IMG/VR virus record: IMGVR_UViG_3300030101_003030
Coordinates: 1-56,598 of that record
Direction: 5' to 3' (one strand)
Source of the DNA: a virus
Taxonomy: Duplodnaviria > Caudoviricetes
DNA length: 56,598 bases
The position numbers were made by a program, and so were the translations under genes. Position 1 is the stretch's first letter, and each line of letters begins with the position of its first letter. The notes beneath the pieces are model-generated. The model searched no databases, was not told where the DNA came from, and was given only the letters and a program-made list of their open reading frames with translations. Shown one piece after another: positions 15,658-24,459 of the stretch.

Positions 15658-15782
15658 AATTTTAAACCAAATACACGCATTCGTATCCTTTCTCAATAGA
15701 GAGAGGATAAATGCTATGGTACATTCACACACCCCAATATTTTAACGACAGGGATGAAAAGAAAACAAAATACAGAAGTTAA

Positions 15783-16040
15783 ATGGAAGAAACATTATTG
15801 GACATCATAGTAGAAGCATATCCTGACGAGGAGATATTAAAAGCAGATGGGTTTGATAAAGCCATCATAGGGATTGACGATCACAGTATGCGATTAATAT
15901 ATTCAATACGTAAATGCATAGAGATATTAATGGAAGAAGACTTGAGTGATGAAGAAGCATTAGATGCTTTTTATTACAACACTCACTCAGCATATGTAGG
16001 AGAAAAGACACCGATATGGTGTAATGATTTTACATATTAA
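15783..16040 (+). CDS. Acidic hypothetical phage protein (ADGFDKAIIG...AYVGEKTPIW)
   Basis: Motif recalled from marine phage hypotheticals. Confidence 0.85.
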   Translation: MEETLLDIIVEAYPDEEILKADGFDKAIIGIDDHSMRLIYSIRKCIEILMEEDLSDEEALDAFYYNTHSAYVGEKTPIWCNDFTY

Positions 16041-16078
16041 TTTTTATGATTATCTTTGTGAGTATAAAATAAATTATT

Positions 16079-16237
16079 ATGCCAACAGTTACATACAAAT
16101 GTCCTGATACAGGAAAAATGAAAACAAAAAAATTTGCTTACAATGCAGTAGGCAAAGCACAAGCATCAGAGTTTGCTAAAAACATGGGAGGCAAAATTAA
16201 AAACAACCCCGGCTACGGCATGGAAACTAAATATTAA
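16079..16237 (+). CDS. Small basic protein (52 aa, MPTVTYKCPDTG...)
   Basis: Hand-translated; after promoter 16051. Confidence 0.75.
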   Translation: MPTVTYKCPDTGKMKTKKFAYNAVGKAQASEFAKNMGGKIKNNPGYGMETKY

Positions 16238-16241
16238 TATT

Positions 16242-16466
16242 ATGAAAAAGCAAGGATACAACGCAAGATTAGATGAGTCATTAGGTGCAAAGCATAAAGG
16301 ACCTCATAAGCAATCATTAAAGTCAAGAAGACATGAGAGTGAAGCAATGGAGAAAAAAACTTATGACCACAAATTTGGTTCTGATTCAAAGATGTCATAC
16401 AGACATGATCATCCTGAGTGCGTTAACTATGTAGGAAAACACATATCAGGTTTAATTAAAAAGTAA
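16242..16466 (+). CDS. Small basic protein (MKKQGYNARLDESLG..., start revised)
   Basis: ATG 4 nt after upstream stop. Confidence 0.8.
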   Translation: MKKQGYNARLDESLGAKHKGPHKQSLKSRRHESEAMEKKTYDHKFGSDSKMSYRHDHPECVNYVGKHISGLIKK

Positions 16467-16666
16467 TGGCTAAGAAAGGTAGAACTAAATTTATTAAAAT
16501 TAAAGAAGCTAATGAAGGCAAGTTCACCAAGTGGGTAGAAAAAAATATGCCCGGCAAATCTGTATGCAGTGCTGCTTCTTCTGTTTTAAAAAACAAAGAT
16601 AGGTATAAAGGCTCTGTTGTTAAGATGGCAAACTTTGCTAATAACTTTGGATGTAAAAGAAAATAA
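16466..16666 (+). CDS. Small basic protein (MAKKGRTK...)
   Basis: TAATG coupling. Confidence 0.8.
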   Translation: MAKKGRTKFIKIKEANEGKFTKWVEKNMPGKSVCSAASSVLKNKDRYKGSVVKMANFANNFGCKRK

Positions 16667-16668
16667 CT

Positions 16669-16836
16669 ATGCACAAGAACAAGTCAAGAGGTTTCGGAGA
16701 TTCAGTAGAGAAGTTTACTACTAAGACAGGTATAAAAAAAGTTGTCGAGAAAGTAACTAAGGCTGCCGGAATTGAAGACTGTGGTTGTGGTAAAAGGCGT
16801 GATACCTTAAACAGAATAATACCTTATAAGAAATGA
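16669..16836 (+). CDS. Small basic CGC-motif protein (55 aa, SRGFGDSVEKFT...DCGCGKRRDTLN..IPY)
   Basis: Hand-translated; ATGA overlap with next gene. Confidence 0.8.
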   Translation: MHKNKSRGFGDSVEKFTTKTGIKKVVEKVTKAAGIEDCGCGKRRDTLNRIIPYKK

Positions 16837-17054
16837 AAACAGTTGCAATGAGAAAAGCTGCCAAGGCAAAAGCCAATGGCAACGGTAAAGAAAAGAAACC
16901 CCGTAAAACCTCACGCGTTTCGACACCAAATAAACCTAACATAAAAGATTTTACGTCTATTAGTAAAGATTCTAAAGGTAATTTAACAAAGAATACCAAT
17001 TGGAAAGCATATGAGCGTGCACAGACGAATTATCGAGTACGTACAAAAAATTAA
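16833..17054 (+). CDS. Small basic protein
   Basis: K/R-rich ORF, coupled start. Confidence 0.7.
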   Translation: MKTVAMRKAAKAKANGNGKEKKPRKTSRVSTPNKPNIKDFTSISKDSKGNLTKNTNWKAYERAQTNYRVRTKN

Positions 17055-17059
17055 TAAAA

Positions 17060-17533
17060 ATGGCATACCAAAAATTACAAGCCCGTAGAGCATTAGCAGT
17101 AGTAACAGATGATAATATTGACATCCCAAATCCTGCAGCAACAGCAGCAAGTGGTCAAACAAGTGCAGCAACCGCAAACAAGTTAACTGATTCGATTGCT
17201 ACATTCCTTAATGACAATATAAAAGTTGGAGACATTGTATATGATACAACTACTCCTTCAGTAACTACAGTAACAGCAGTAGATAGTGATACTGTTTTAT
17301 CAGTAGCCACAGGAATTGGAAACACTAAAGATTATGTTATATATTCTCAAATTGACAATCCAAGTAACGGATGTGTTTTATTTGCAGGCGGAGCAGGAGA
17401 TATAGAGCTGATCACTGTAGATGATGACACTGTGTTATTCAAAGGAATTGTGGCAGGACAGTTTTTACCTGTACAGGTAAAAAGAGTAAAAGCTGCAAAT
17501 ACTACAGCGACTGACATTGTTGCATTATGGTAG
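17060..17533 (+). CDS. Putative virion structural protein
   Basis: A/T/V-rich; C-terminal GQFLPVQVKRV...TTATDIVALW. Confidence 0.7.
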   Translation: MAYQKLQARRALAVVTDDNIDIPNPAATAASGQTSAATANKLTDSIATFLNDNIKVGDIVYDTTTPSVTTVTAVDSDTVLSVATGIGNTKDYVIYSQIDNPSNGCVLFAGGAGDIELITVDDDTVLFKGIVAGQFLPVQVKRVKAANTTATDIVALW

Positions 17534-18318
17534 GAGGCGGACTAGCAAATATGATAGGAATTAACACCTGTGGCGGACAAGCCGGAGCAGGTGGAGGTGG
17601 AGGTGAGTTCAGCAATCTTTACTCTTGTGATTTTAACGGTGTAGATATGTACATTGATTGCGGAGTTTTATCAACTTTAAATGGTTTAACTGAAGCAAGT
17701 GTTTCTGTTTGGGTTTATTTAGAATCTAATAATGAGCAATTTATACTTTCTCAATGGGAAGGAACGGGCGGAAGTAATAATAATAGACAATTTACACTAT
17801 TTTTAAAACCTTCTAACAACCAAATTGACGTTAGTTTTGGGCCTAATACAACATATAGAAGTTCATCTATAACAATCAACACAGGGGAATGGTATCATAT
17901 TGTAGCCACTTATAACGCAAGTAATTCGCCAAGTAGAGACAAAACAAAAGTATATGTAAACGGCACGTTATATTTACAATCTATTAATTTTAATAGCCCA
18001 GCAAGTTTAAACCCAAACCCTACAAGCACGTTTAAAATAGGTAAAAGAGGTGGTGATAATTTTAAATTTACAGACGGACAAATTGACGAAGTATCTCTAT
18101 GGAATGTAGAGTTAAGTCTATCAGACGTAAACGCTATATATAATTCAGGCACTCCCACTGATTTAAGCAGTAGCGGTATAAGCGGACTAGTAAATTGGTG
18201 GCGTAATGGGGACCCAACAGGTCCCGGAGCCTTTCCTACTATTGTTGACCAAGTAGGGAGTAATGATGGCACAATGATAAATATGACAGACACACAAATA
18301 GTAACTTCAGTACCATAA
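17527..18318 (+). CDS. LamG/concanavalin A-like domain virion protein
   Basis: FNGVDMYID...SVSVWV...GEWYHIVATY...VYVNG...GQIDEVSLWN.ELS. Confidence 0.88.
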   Translation: MVGGGLANMIGINTCGGQAGAGGGGGEFSNLYSCDFNGVDMYIDCGVLSTLNGLTEASVSVWVYLESNNEQFILSQWEGTGGSNNNRQFTLFLKPSNNQIDVSFGPNTTYRSSSITINTGEWYHIVATYNASNSPSRDKTKVYVNGTLYLQSINFNSPASLNPNPTSTFKIGKRGGDNFKFTDGQIDEVSLWNVELSLSDVNAIYNSGTPTDLSSSGISGLVNWWRNGDPTGPGAFPTIVDQVGSNDGTMINMTDTQIVTSVP

Positions 18319-18323
18319 ACACT

Positions 18324-18581
18324 ATGTTTAAAGATTTTAGAAAATTTATTTATTCAAACATTCATATTGAAGATTTACAGTTTGTAGATTTTTCTCAAGT
18401 AACACAGACATCTGCTGATACTATTAGAAAATCATTAGATGATTCTCAATTTATAATTAGTTGGCTAACAACACCTACTTTTATTGAAGATGGAACTATT
18501 GAGCCTATATCTCTAATGACTCATGCAGAATGTTATGAGCTTGTTAATACTCCTGAATGGACTCCGGAAGACTTAATGTAA
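18324..18581 (+). CDS. Small acidic protein accompanying the LamG gene
   Basis: VDFSQV.QTSADTIRKSLD...TPTFI...PEWT. Confidence 0.8.
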   Translation: MFKDFRKFIYSNIHIEDLQFVDFSQVTQTSADTIRKSLDDSQFIISWLTTPTFIEDGTIEPISLMTHAECYELVNTPEWTPEDLM

Positions 18582-18628
18582 TTTTTTGTATATTTGTGAC
18601 AATGAATTAATAGACAACTTTTTATGTC

Positions 18629-18895
18629 ATGAATCTATCAGAAAAAACTAAAATAACTTTTACTCCTGCTAATCTTATTTCACTTATAACTACAGTAGCA
18701 GCAGTAACAGCAGTATGGTTTCATCTTAATGGTCAAATTGAAGAAGCAAAAGAACTTCCTAAAAATAAAAATAGTAAGGTTTTAGAAGAAACAATTATTC
18801 ATATGGACGCTAATACGCAATATATTAAAGAAGAAATAATTGAAATAAAAGAGCGTCTTAATAAAATGGAAGAAAGGCTTTACCAACTTAAATAA
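18629..18895 (+). CDS. Single-TM coiled-coil protein (holin/antiholin-like)
   Basis: TM LISLITTVAAVTAVWF, immediately before endolysin. Confidence 0.6.
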   Translation: MNLSEKTKITFTPANLISLITTVAAVTAVWFHLNGQIEEAKELPKNKNSKVLEETIIHMDANTQYIKEEIIEIKERLNKMEERLYQLK

Positions 18896-18898
18896 AAT

Positions 18899-19507
18899 AT
18901 GACTCTAGTAGATCAAATTACTTTAAACAAAATACAAGAAGTATTTGCAGAAAAGAAATATGCATTCTTTACCAAAGGAAATTACAACTTAAATATTATA
19001 GGAGTACGAAGCCCTAATCAAGTAGCAAATAGCTTTGATGACTATATGCTTGTTATATATAAGAAACATGACAAGTGGGTGATTGATGAATTTACTATTA
19101 CTACGGATGCAGGGCTGTATTGGTTGCAACATCCTATGAATAGAAAAGGAACAGCACTACTTGTTCCTAATCAGTATAGAAGCACATATAAACTTGATGG
19201 TCATGGAAGCACACGCTACGAAGCATTATGTCAGAGACTCGCTAACGTAGAAGTATATCGTGATGATAATAAAGATCAAATACTTAACTATGATGATGCT
19301 ACAAAAGAATGGGGTATGTTTGGAATAAACATTCACCGTTCACATCCTTACCATGAGAAAGACACAGTAGATAAATACAGTGCGGGCTGTCAAGTCTTTC
19401 AATCTATATATCAGTACAATGACTTCATTGCATTATGCAACACCTCAGCAAGATTGTACGGAAATAGCTTTACATATACCCTTCTTTTAGAAAGTGATTT
19501 ATTATAA
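18899..19507 (+). CDS. Putative endolysin with YkuD/L,D-transpeptidase-like catalytic motif
   Basis: GINIH-x14-SAGCQV; lysis context. Confidence 0.65.
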   Translation: MTLVDQITLNKIQEVFAEKKYAFFTKGNYNLNIIGVRSPNQVANSFDDYMLVIYKKHDKWVIDEFTITTDAGLYWLQHPMNRKGTALLVPNQYRSTYKLDGHGSTRYEALCQRLANVEVYRDDNKDQILNYDDATKEWGMFGINIHRSHPYHEKDTVDKYSAGCQVFQSIYQYNDFIALCNTSARLYGNSFTYTLLLESDLL

Positions 19508-19541
19508 TTTAATTTCGTTATCTTTGTAAAAAGACAATACA

Positions 19542-19781
19542 ATGAAATTAAATAAGGAAGAACTTGAACGACTTCAACAATTAAACAACTCGTTTAATAA
19601 ATTAAAAATAGCTTTAGGCGATCTTGAGATCAAAAGGCACTCAATGTTAAGTGAGCTTGATGGGCTCAAAGCTATGTTTAGTTCAGAGGAGAAAAAATTT
19701 ATTGATAAATATGGATCCGACTCTGTTATTAATTTACAAACAGGTACGGTGACTAAAAAAGAAACCAATGTCAAAGATTGA
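19542..19781 (+). CDS. Coiled-coil hypothetical protein
   Basis: Heptad pattern; KYG...INLQTG. Confidence 0.8.
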   Translation: MKLNKEELERLQQLNNSFNKLKIALGDLEIKRHSMLSELDGLKAMFSSEEKKFIDKYGSDSVINLQTGTVTKKETNVKD

Positions 19782-20028
19782 ATCATACGCAAATGCAGGA
19801 ACCCCAACCTTAAATGATAAATTAATTGGAACGGAAGTTGGAGCAACACCTGTTAATGCAACCAAAAACTTTACCACAACTCAGCTACTAACATTATTTA
19901 ATGCTAACTCTGTACCTGCAAGTGTAGGAGCAACAGGAACAGCAGGTATGATAGCTGCAGATACTAACCACTTATACATCTGTGTAGCTACTAATACATG
20001 GAGAAGAGTAGCTATATCTACATTTTAA
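19768..20028 (+). CDS. Short fibre-like structural protein
   Basis: GTAGMIAADTNHLYICVATNTWRR motif typical of phage fibre knobs. Confidence 0.65.
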   Translation: MSKIESYANAGTPTLNDKLIGTEVGATPVNATKNFTTTQLLTLFNANSVPASVGATGTAGMIAADTNHLYICVATNTWRRVAISTF

Positions 20029-20031
20029 AAG

Positions 20032-20256
20032 ATGGATATACGGAAGATTTCAATCGGTCCTGACTATAAGTCGGGAGCCATGCACTATCTTGTAGGGCAG
20101 GAAGTGCTTAACGGATCTTACCGTATTCATTTAATACAACTAGATAGGGTTAAACACTCGTTTAAAATTTGGATAATAAAGGACAAAGAAGTAGTTTTAT
20201 GGAAAGAGTTTACTTCTGATGTTCCCGTATCAATAGAGTATAACATAAACTTTTAA
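20032..20256 (+). CDS. Conserved hypothetical protein (IRKISIGPDYK..AMHY.VGQ)
   Basis: Clean ORF; motif recalled from Bacteroidota phages. Confidence 0.8.
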   Translation: MDIRKISIGPDYKSGAMHYLVGQEVLNGSYRIHLIQLDRVKHSFKIWIIKDKEVVLWKEFTSDVPVSIEYNINF

Positions 20257-20258
20257 TT

Positions 20259-20447
20259 ATGAAAACACGAATAGTATCAAATTATGTAACAACTATTATT
20301 GGGTTGTTAATCATGGCATTTTGCCTAGTAATGATTTACACAGAGAAAGCAGACAGCACTGAGATGAGTGGATGGCTAGCAGTATCTTTGTTGTTCTTAC
20401 GATCTAAAGATTCTTTAATTGCTCTACCTAAAGATGGAGAAAAATAA
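20259..20447 (+). CDS. Two-TM holin-like protein
   Basis: Two hydrophobic segments, charged C-tail, upstream of spanin-like gene. Confidence 0.65.
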   Translation: MKTRIVSNYVTTIIGLLIMAFCLVMIYTEKADSTEMSGWLAVSLLFLRSKDSLIALPKDGEK

Positions 20448-21147
20448 AGATGACATACTTACTATACGCAATATAATAATAGCGATATTAATTATCTTGT
20501 TGTGCATGAGCGGATGTTCTGCAATAAAAAATTATAACAAACTCAAAGACTACGAAAAAGAAATACAGAAATTTCAACTACACGAACAGGAGTTTAAACT
20601 TATACAAGATAATAACGGTAAGTTAATTGCTCAACAAGAGCAAGTGATATTAACACAAAAACAGGCTATCAACAATGGATTGATAGCCTATGTTGATTTA
20701 AAGAATGTACGAAGTCAAGTAAGAGTTAGGACTGTAACCAAGCTAGATAGTATATTCGTTCCTTTTGTTAAAGACAGTCTTGTTACACAACATGACACAA
20801 TTTATATAGATACTAATCAGCACATTGCAGATTTAACTACTCCCAAACAATTTAAAATATCAAGAGAGTTTTTTAATATAGGCGGGCACATCAAGCCTTT
20901 TGGAGTGGTGTTAGATAGCTTAAATATATTCAATCAAACCAATGTTAGTGTTGGTATGAAGTCGCAAGGATTTTTTAAAAAACCATTACCTGTTGTAAAT
21001 GTAGAGCACTCTAATCCATACATTAAAACAACAGGATTAAGTAATGTAATAATAAAAGACGAAAAGAAGTTCTATGATCGAAAGTTATTTTGGTTTGGAT
21101 TAGGGCTTGTTAGCGGTGTTACAACCACTATTTTTATAAATAAATAA
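20434..21147 (+). CDS. Spanin-like protein (possible unimolecular spanin; start revised)
   Basis: N-terminal hydrophobic stretch plus MSGC lipobox-like motif; C-terminal TM LFWFGLGLVSGVTTTIFI. Confidence 0.55.
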   Translation: MEKNKDDILTIRNIIIAILIILLCMSGCSAIKNYNKLKDYEKEIQKFQLHEQEFKLIQDNNGKLIAQQEQVILTQKQAINNGLIAYVDLKNVRSQVRVRTVTKLDSIFVPFVKDSLVTQHDTIYIDTNQHIADLTTPKQFKISREFFNIGGHIKPFGVVLDSLNIFNQTNVSVGMKSQGFFKKPLPVVNVEHSNPYIKTTGLSNVIIKDEKKFYDRKLFWFGLGLVSGVTTTIFINK

Positions 21148-21153
21148 AATCAA

Positions 21154-21717
21154 ATGCAATCACCTGATAGATTTATAGTTCGTCCTATAAAAGGAAAGAG
21201 GTATAATAATACCAAAGAGATTGGAGGGTTAGAGTTTATTACTAGCACCTCTGAAGAAGATTTCAAATTTTCTAATAGAGAAGCTGAAGTAATATCTGTT
21301 CCTTTAAATTATAAAGGAGAAATAGGGAAAGGAGATGTTCTACTTGTTCATCACAATGTCTTTAAATTTTATAACGACATGAAAGGCAGAAGACAAAGTG
21401 GTAGAAGTTTTTTTAAGGATAATTTATTTTTTATTGAAGATGAACAGTTCTATATGTATAAAAAGAATGGCAAGTGGAAAGCTCATGGAAGGAATTGTTT
21501 TATAAAACCATCTGCAGTAAAGAAAAGTTTTATAGATAAGCCGGGTGAGTATGAGCCTTTAATAGGAACAGTGAAATATATTAATGAAGAGTTAATAAAG
21601 TTAGGCGTAAAAGAAGGAGATGAGATTTCATTTCAACCTGAAAGCGAATATGAGTTTAGAGTAGATGATGAGATTTTATATAGGATGTTTACAAATAACA
21701 TTACATTTATAGTATAG
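21154..21717 (+). CDS. Tandem GroES-like (two-domain) co-chaperonin
   Basis: Domain 1 DRFIVRP..GGL..AEVISV..KGDVLLV; domain 2 CFIKP..GTVKY..VKEGDEISF..VDDEILYRM. Confidence 0.7.
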   Translation: MQSPDRFIVRPIKGKRYNNTKEIGGLEFITSTSEEDFKFSNREAEVISVPLNYKGEIGKGDVLLVHHNVFKFYNDMKGRRQSGRSFFKDNLFFIEDEQFYMYKKNGKWKAHGRNCFIKPSAVKKSFIDKPGEYEPLIGTVKYINEELIKLGVKEGDEISFQPESEYEFRVDDEILYRMFTNNITFIV

Positions 21718-21718
21718 A

Positions 21719-22009
21719 ATGGATACGTTTGAGATATTAACACAGTATGGAGTGTTAGGTATATGGGTTCTATATGCTATTACACGTGAGCGTTGGTTGC
21801 TTAGAAAGATTGAGGAAATATCTGAAAGGTCTACAAGAGAACGTGAGACATGGCATGAAGAAAGAGAATCATATATTAAAGAGATTGCTATGATACGTCT
21901 TGAAGAGAGAAATGCTTTTATAAGACAGATTCAAAAAATATTAAATGATAACAATGGAATCAAATCAACTCAAACTAAAAATAATAGAGGCAGGAAAAAA
22001 AGCAGTTAA
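21719..22009 (+). CDS. BhlA-like single-TM protein
   Basis: LTQYGVLGIWVLYAI followed by charged coil. Confidence 0.55.
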   Translation: MDTFEILTQYGVLGIWVLYAITRERWLLRKIEEISERSTRERETWHEERESYIKEIAMIRLEERNAFIRQIQKILNDNNGIKSTQTKNNRGRKKSS

Positions 22010-22235
22010 AGAATTAATAAAAGTTGCTCAAGAAGAAATAATAAAGCCTGACCCTGAAGATGAGCTTGCTGCAGATAGATTAAAGAATGCTGCGGCTACA
22101 AAGAAACTAGCCATCATAGATGCGTTTGATATATTAAAACGTATAGATGAAGAGAAAGAAAGATTAGAATACGAGAGTAAAGGAACAAAACGAACAGACA
22201 CAAAACAAGGATTTGCAGAGCGAAGATCAAAATAG
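21954..22235 (+). CDS. Putative terminase small subunit
   Basis: Helical protein overlapping the terminase large-subunit start. Confidence 0.55.
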   Translation: MESNQLKLKIIEAGKKAVKELIKVAQEEIIKPDPEDELAADRLKNAAATKKLAIIDAFDILKRIDEEKERLEYESKGTKRTDTKQGFAERRSK

Positions 22236-24459
22236 CCTATACAGAGTAGTAAAGGATTATATCCCTGCTAAAAAAATAGCTCGTTACAACAAGCTAAAGA
22301 AATGGGACTATGGATATAATAAGGATTATGACGTAGTTATTATTTCTAAAAACGGCACTATTGGAGATATTATTTGTATCAGTGGTTTATACATAGCTTT
22401 ACCGTCTGCTCCTGACAAAGTATATTCAAGAAGTAAAAAAACAAGCGAACAGTATTGGGAAAGAAAAGATTATGATCGTAGTTTAAGTAGAATCAATTCT
22501 ATATTTCAATGGAATGAAATGCCAAGAGAATTTAAAGACAAATGGGTAGACTACATTGAAGAAGAGTTTGATAGCAGGGACGATGGCTATTGGTTTAAAA
22601 ATAATGGAATGCCTACTTATATTACCGGAGCACACTATATGTATTTACAGTGGACCAAGATTGACGTAGGATACCCTGACTACAGAGAAGCTAATAGAAT
22701 ATTCTTTATTTATTGGGAGGCGTGCAAGGCTGACAAGAGATGCTTTGGAATGATATATTTAAAGATAAGACGTTCAGGTTTTTCATTCATGGGTTCAGCA
22801 GAAGCTGTCAACACAGCAACTATTGCAAGAGATTCAAGGGTAGGTATCTTGTCTAAAACGGGAGCAGATGCAAAGAAGATGTTTACAGATAAGGTAGTTC
22901 CTATATCTCATCACTTGCCTTTCTTTTTTAAACCTATTCAAGATGGTATGGACAAACCAAAGACTGAATTAGCCTACAGGGTTCCTGCCTCTAAGATTAC
23001 AAAAAAGAATATGTATGATGTAGACAACGAGGAAATTCAAGGGCTTGATACTACAATAGATTGGAAGAACACTGATGACAACTCTTATGATGGTGAGAAG
23101 CTATTATTACTTGTACATGATGAGAGTGGTAAATGGCTAAAGCCTAACAATATATTAAATAATTGGAGGGTAACTAAAACTTGTTTAAGGTTAGGTAGTA
23201 AGATAATTGGAAAGTGTATGATGGGATCTACATCAAATGCTTTAAGTAAAGGGGGTGGTACTTTCAAAAAACTATATGAAGATTCTAATGTCTTAAAAAG
23301 AAACTCTAATGGTATGACAAAGAGTGGTATGTATTCTTTGTTTATTCCTATGGAGTGGAATATGGAAGGCTTTATAGACAGATATGGACATCCTGTATTT
23401 AGAACACCTAAGACAGCTATAAGAGGAGTGGATGATGAGATGATTGACTTTGGTGCAGTAAACTATTGGGAGAACGAGGTAACATCTTTAAAAAGTGACC
23501 CTGATGCACTTAATGAATTTTATAGACAGTTTCCTAGAACAGAGTCTCATGCCTTTAGAGATGAAAGTAAATCTTCTTTATTTAATCTTACTAAGATATA
23601 TCAGCAGATAGACTATAACGATTCTTTGATACAAGATCATCATACAACAAGAGGATCATTTCATTGGCTGAATGGAGAGAAAGATACTAAGGTAGTATTT
23701 AGTCCTGATAAGAGAGGCAGGTTCCTTGTAAGTTGGACACCTGAGAAAGCCTTACAAAATAGAATCATTGTTAAGAATGGAATTAAATATCCTGCCAACG
23801 AACATTTAGGCGCGTTTGGTTGTGACTCGTATGATATATCAGGAGTAGTGGGTGGTGGTGGATCTAATGGTGCGTTACATGGTGTAACTAAATTCAATAT
23901 GGACAATGCTCCAAGTAATGAGTTTTTTTTACAGTATGTTGCACGACCACAAACTGCTGAGATATTCTTTGAAGAAGTGTTAATGGCTTGTGTTTTTTAT
24001 GGTATGCCAATACTTGCAGAGAATAATAAACCAAGAATACTTTATCATTTTAAGAACAGGGGCTACCGAGGCTTCTCAATGAATAGACCTGATAAAGTCT
24101 ATACGAAGCTCTCTAAGACCGAAAGAGAACTCGGAGGGATACCTAACACCTCTGAAGATGTAAAACAGTCTCACGCAGCAGCTATTGAGTCTTACATTGA
24201 AAAATATGTAGGAATAGATATGGAAGGAACATATAGAGATAGTGATGAAATGGGATCAATGATATTCACAAGGACATTGGAAGATTGGGCAAGATTTGAT
24301 ATAAATAACAGAACAAGGTATGATGCGACAATAAGCTCAGGACTAGCTGTAATGGCTATTCAAAAACACTTATATCAGCCTCAGAAAAAAGAGTCAAAAA
24401 TAAGCATTAACTTTGCAAGGTATAATAACAAGGGAAGAACAAGCGAATTAATAAGATAG
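22213..24459 (+). CDS. terL: Terminase large subunit
   Basis: KIRRSGFS Walker A variant, LLVHDESGK Walker B, FGCDSYD nuclease, upstream of portal. Confidence 0.92.
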   Translation: MQSEDQNSLYRVVKDYIPAKKIARYNKLKKWDYGYNKDYDVVIISKNGTIGDIICISGLYIALPSAPDKVYSRSKKTSEQYWERKDYDRSLSRINSIFQWNEMPREFKDKWVDYIEEEFDSRDDGYWFKNNGMPTYITGAHYMYLQWTKIDVGYPDYREANRIFFIYWEACKADKRCFGMIYLKIRRSGFSFMGSAEAVNTATIARDSRVGILSKTGADAKKMFTDKVVPISHHLPFFFKPIQDGMDKPKTELAYRVPASKITKKNMYDVDNEEIQGLDTTIDWKNTDDNSYDGEKLLLLVHDESGKWLKPNNILNNWRVTKTCLRLGSKIIGKCMMGSTSNALSKGGGTFKKLYEDSNVLKRNSNGMTKSGMYSLFIPMEWNMEGFIDRYGHPVFRTPKTAIRGVDDEMIDFGAVNYWENEVTSLKSDPDALNEFYRQFPRTESHAFRDESKSSLFNLTKIYQQIDYNDSLIQDHHTTRGSFHWLNGEKDTKVVFSPDKRGRFLVSWTPEKALQNRIIVKNGIKYPANEHLGAFGCDSYDISGVVGGGGSNGALHGVTKFNMDNAPSNEFFLQYVARPQTAEIFFEEVLMACVFYGMPILAENNKPRILYHFKNRGYRGFSMNRPDKVYTKLSKTERELGGIPNTSEDVKQSHAAAIESYIEKYVGIDMEGTYRDSDEMGSMIFTRTLEDWARFDINNRTRYDATISSGLAVMAIQKHLYQPQKKESKISINFARYNNKGRTSELIR

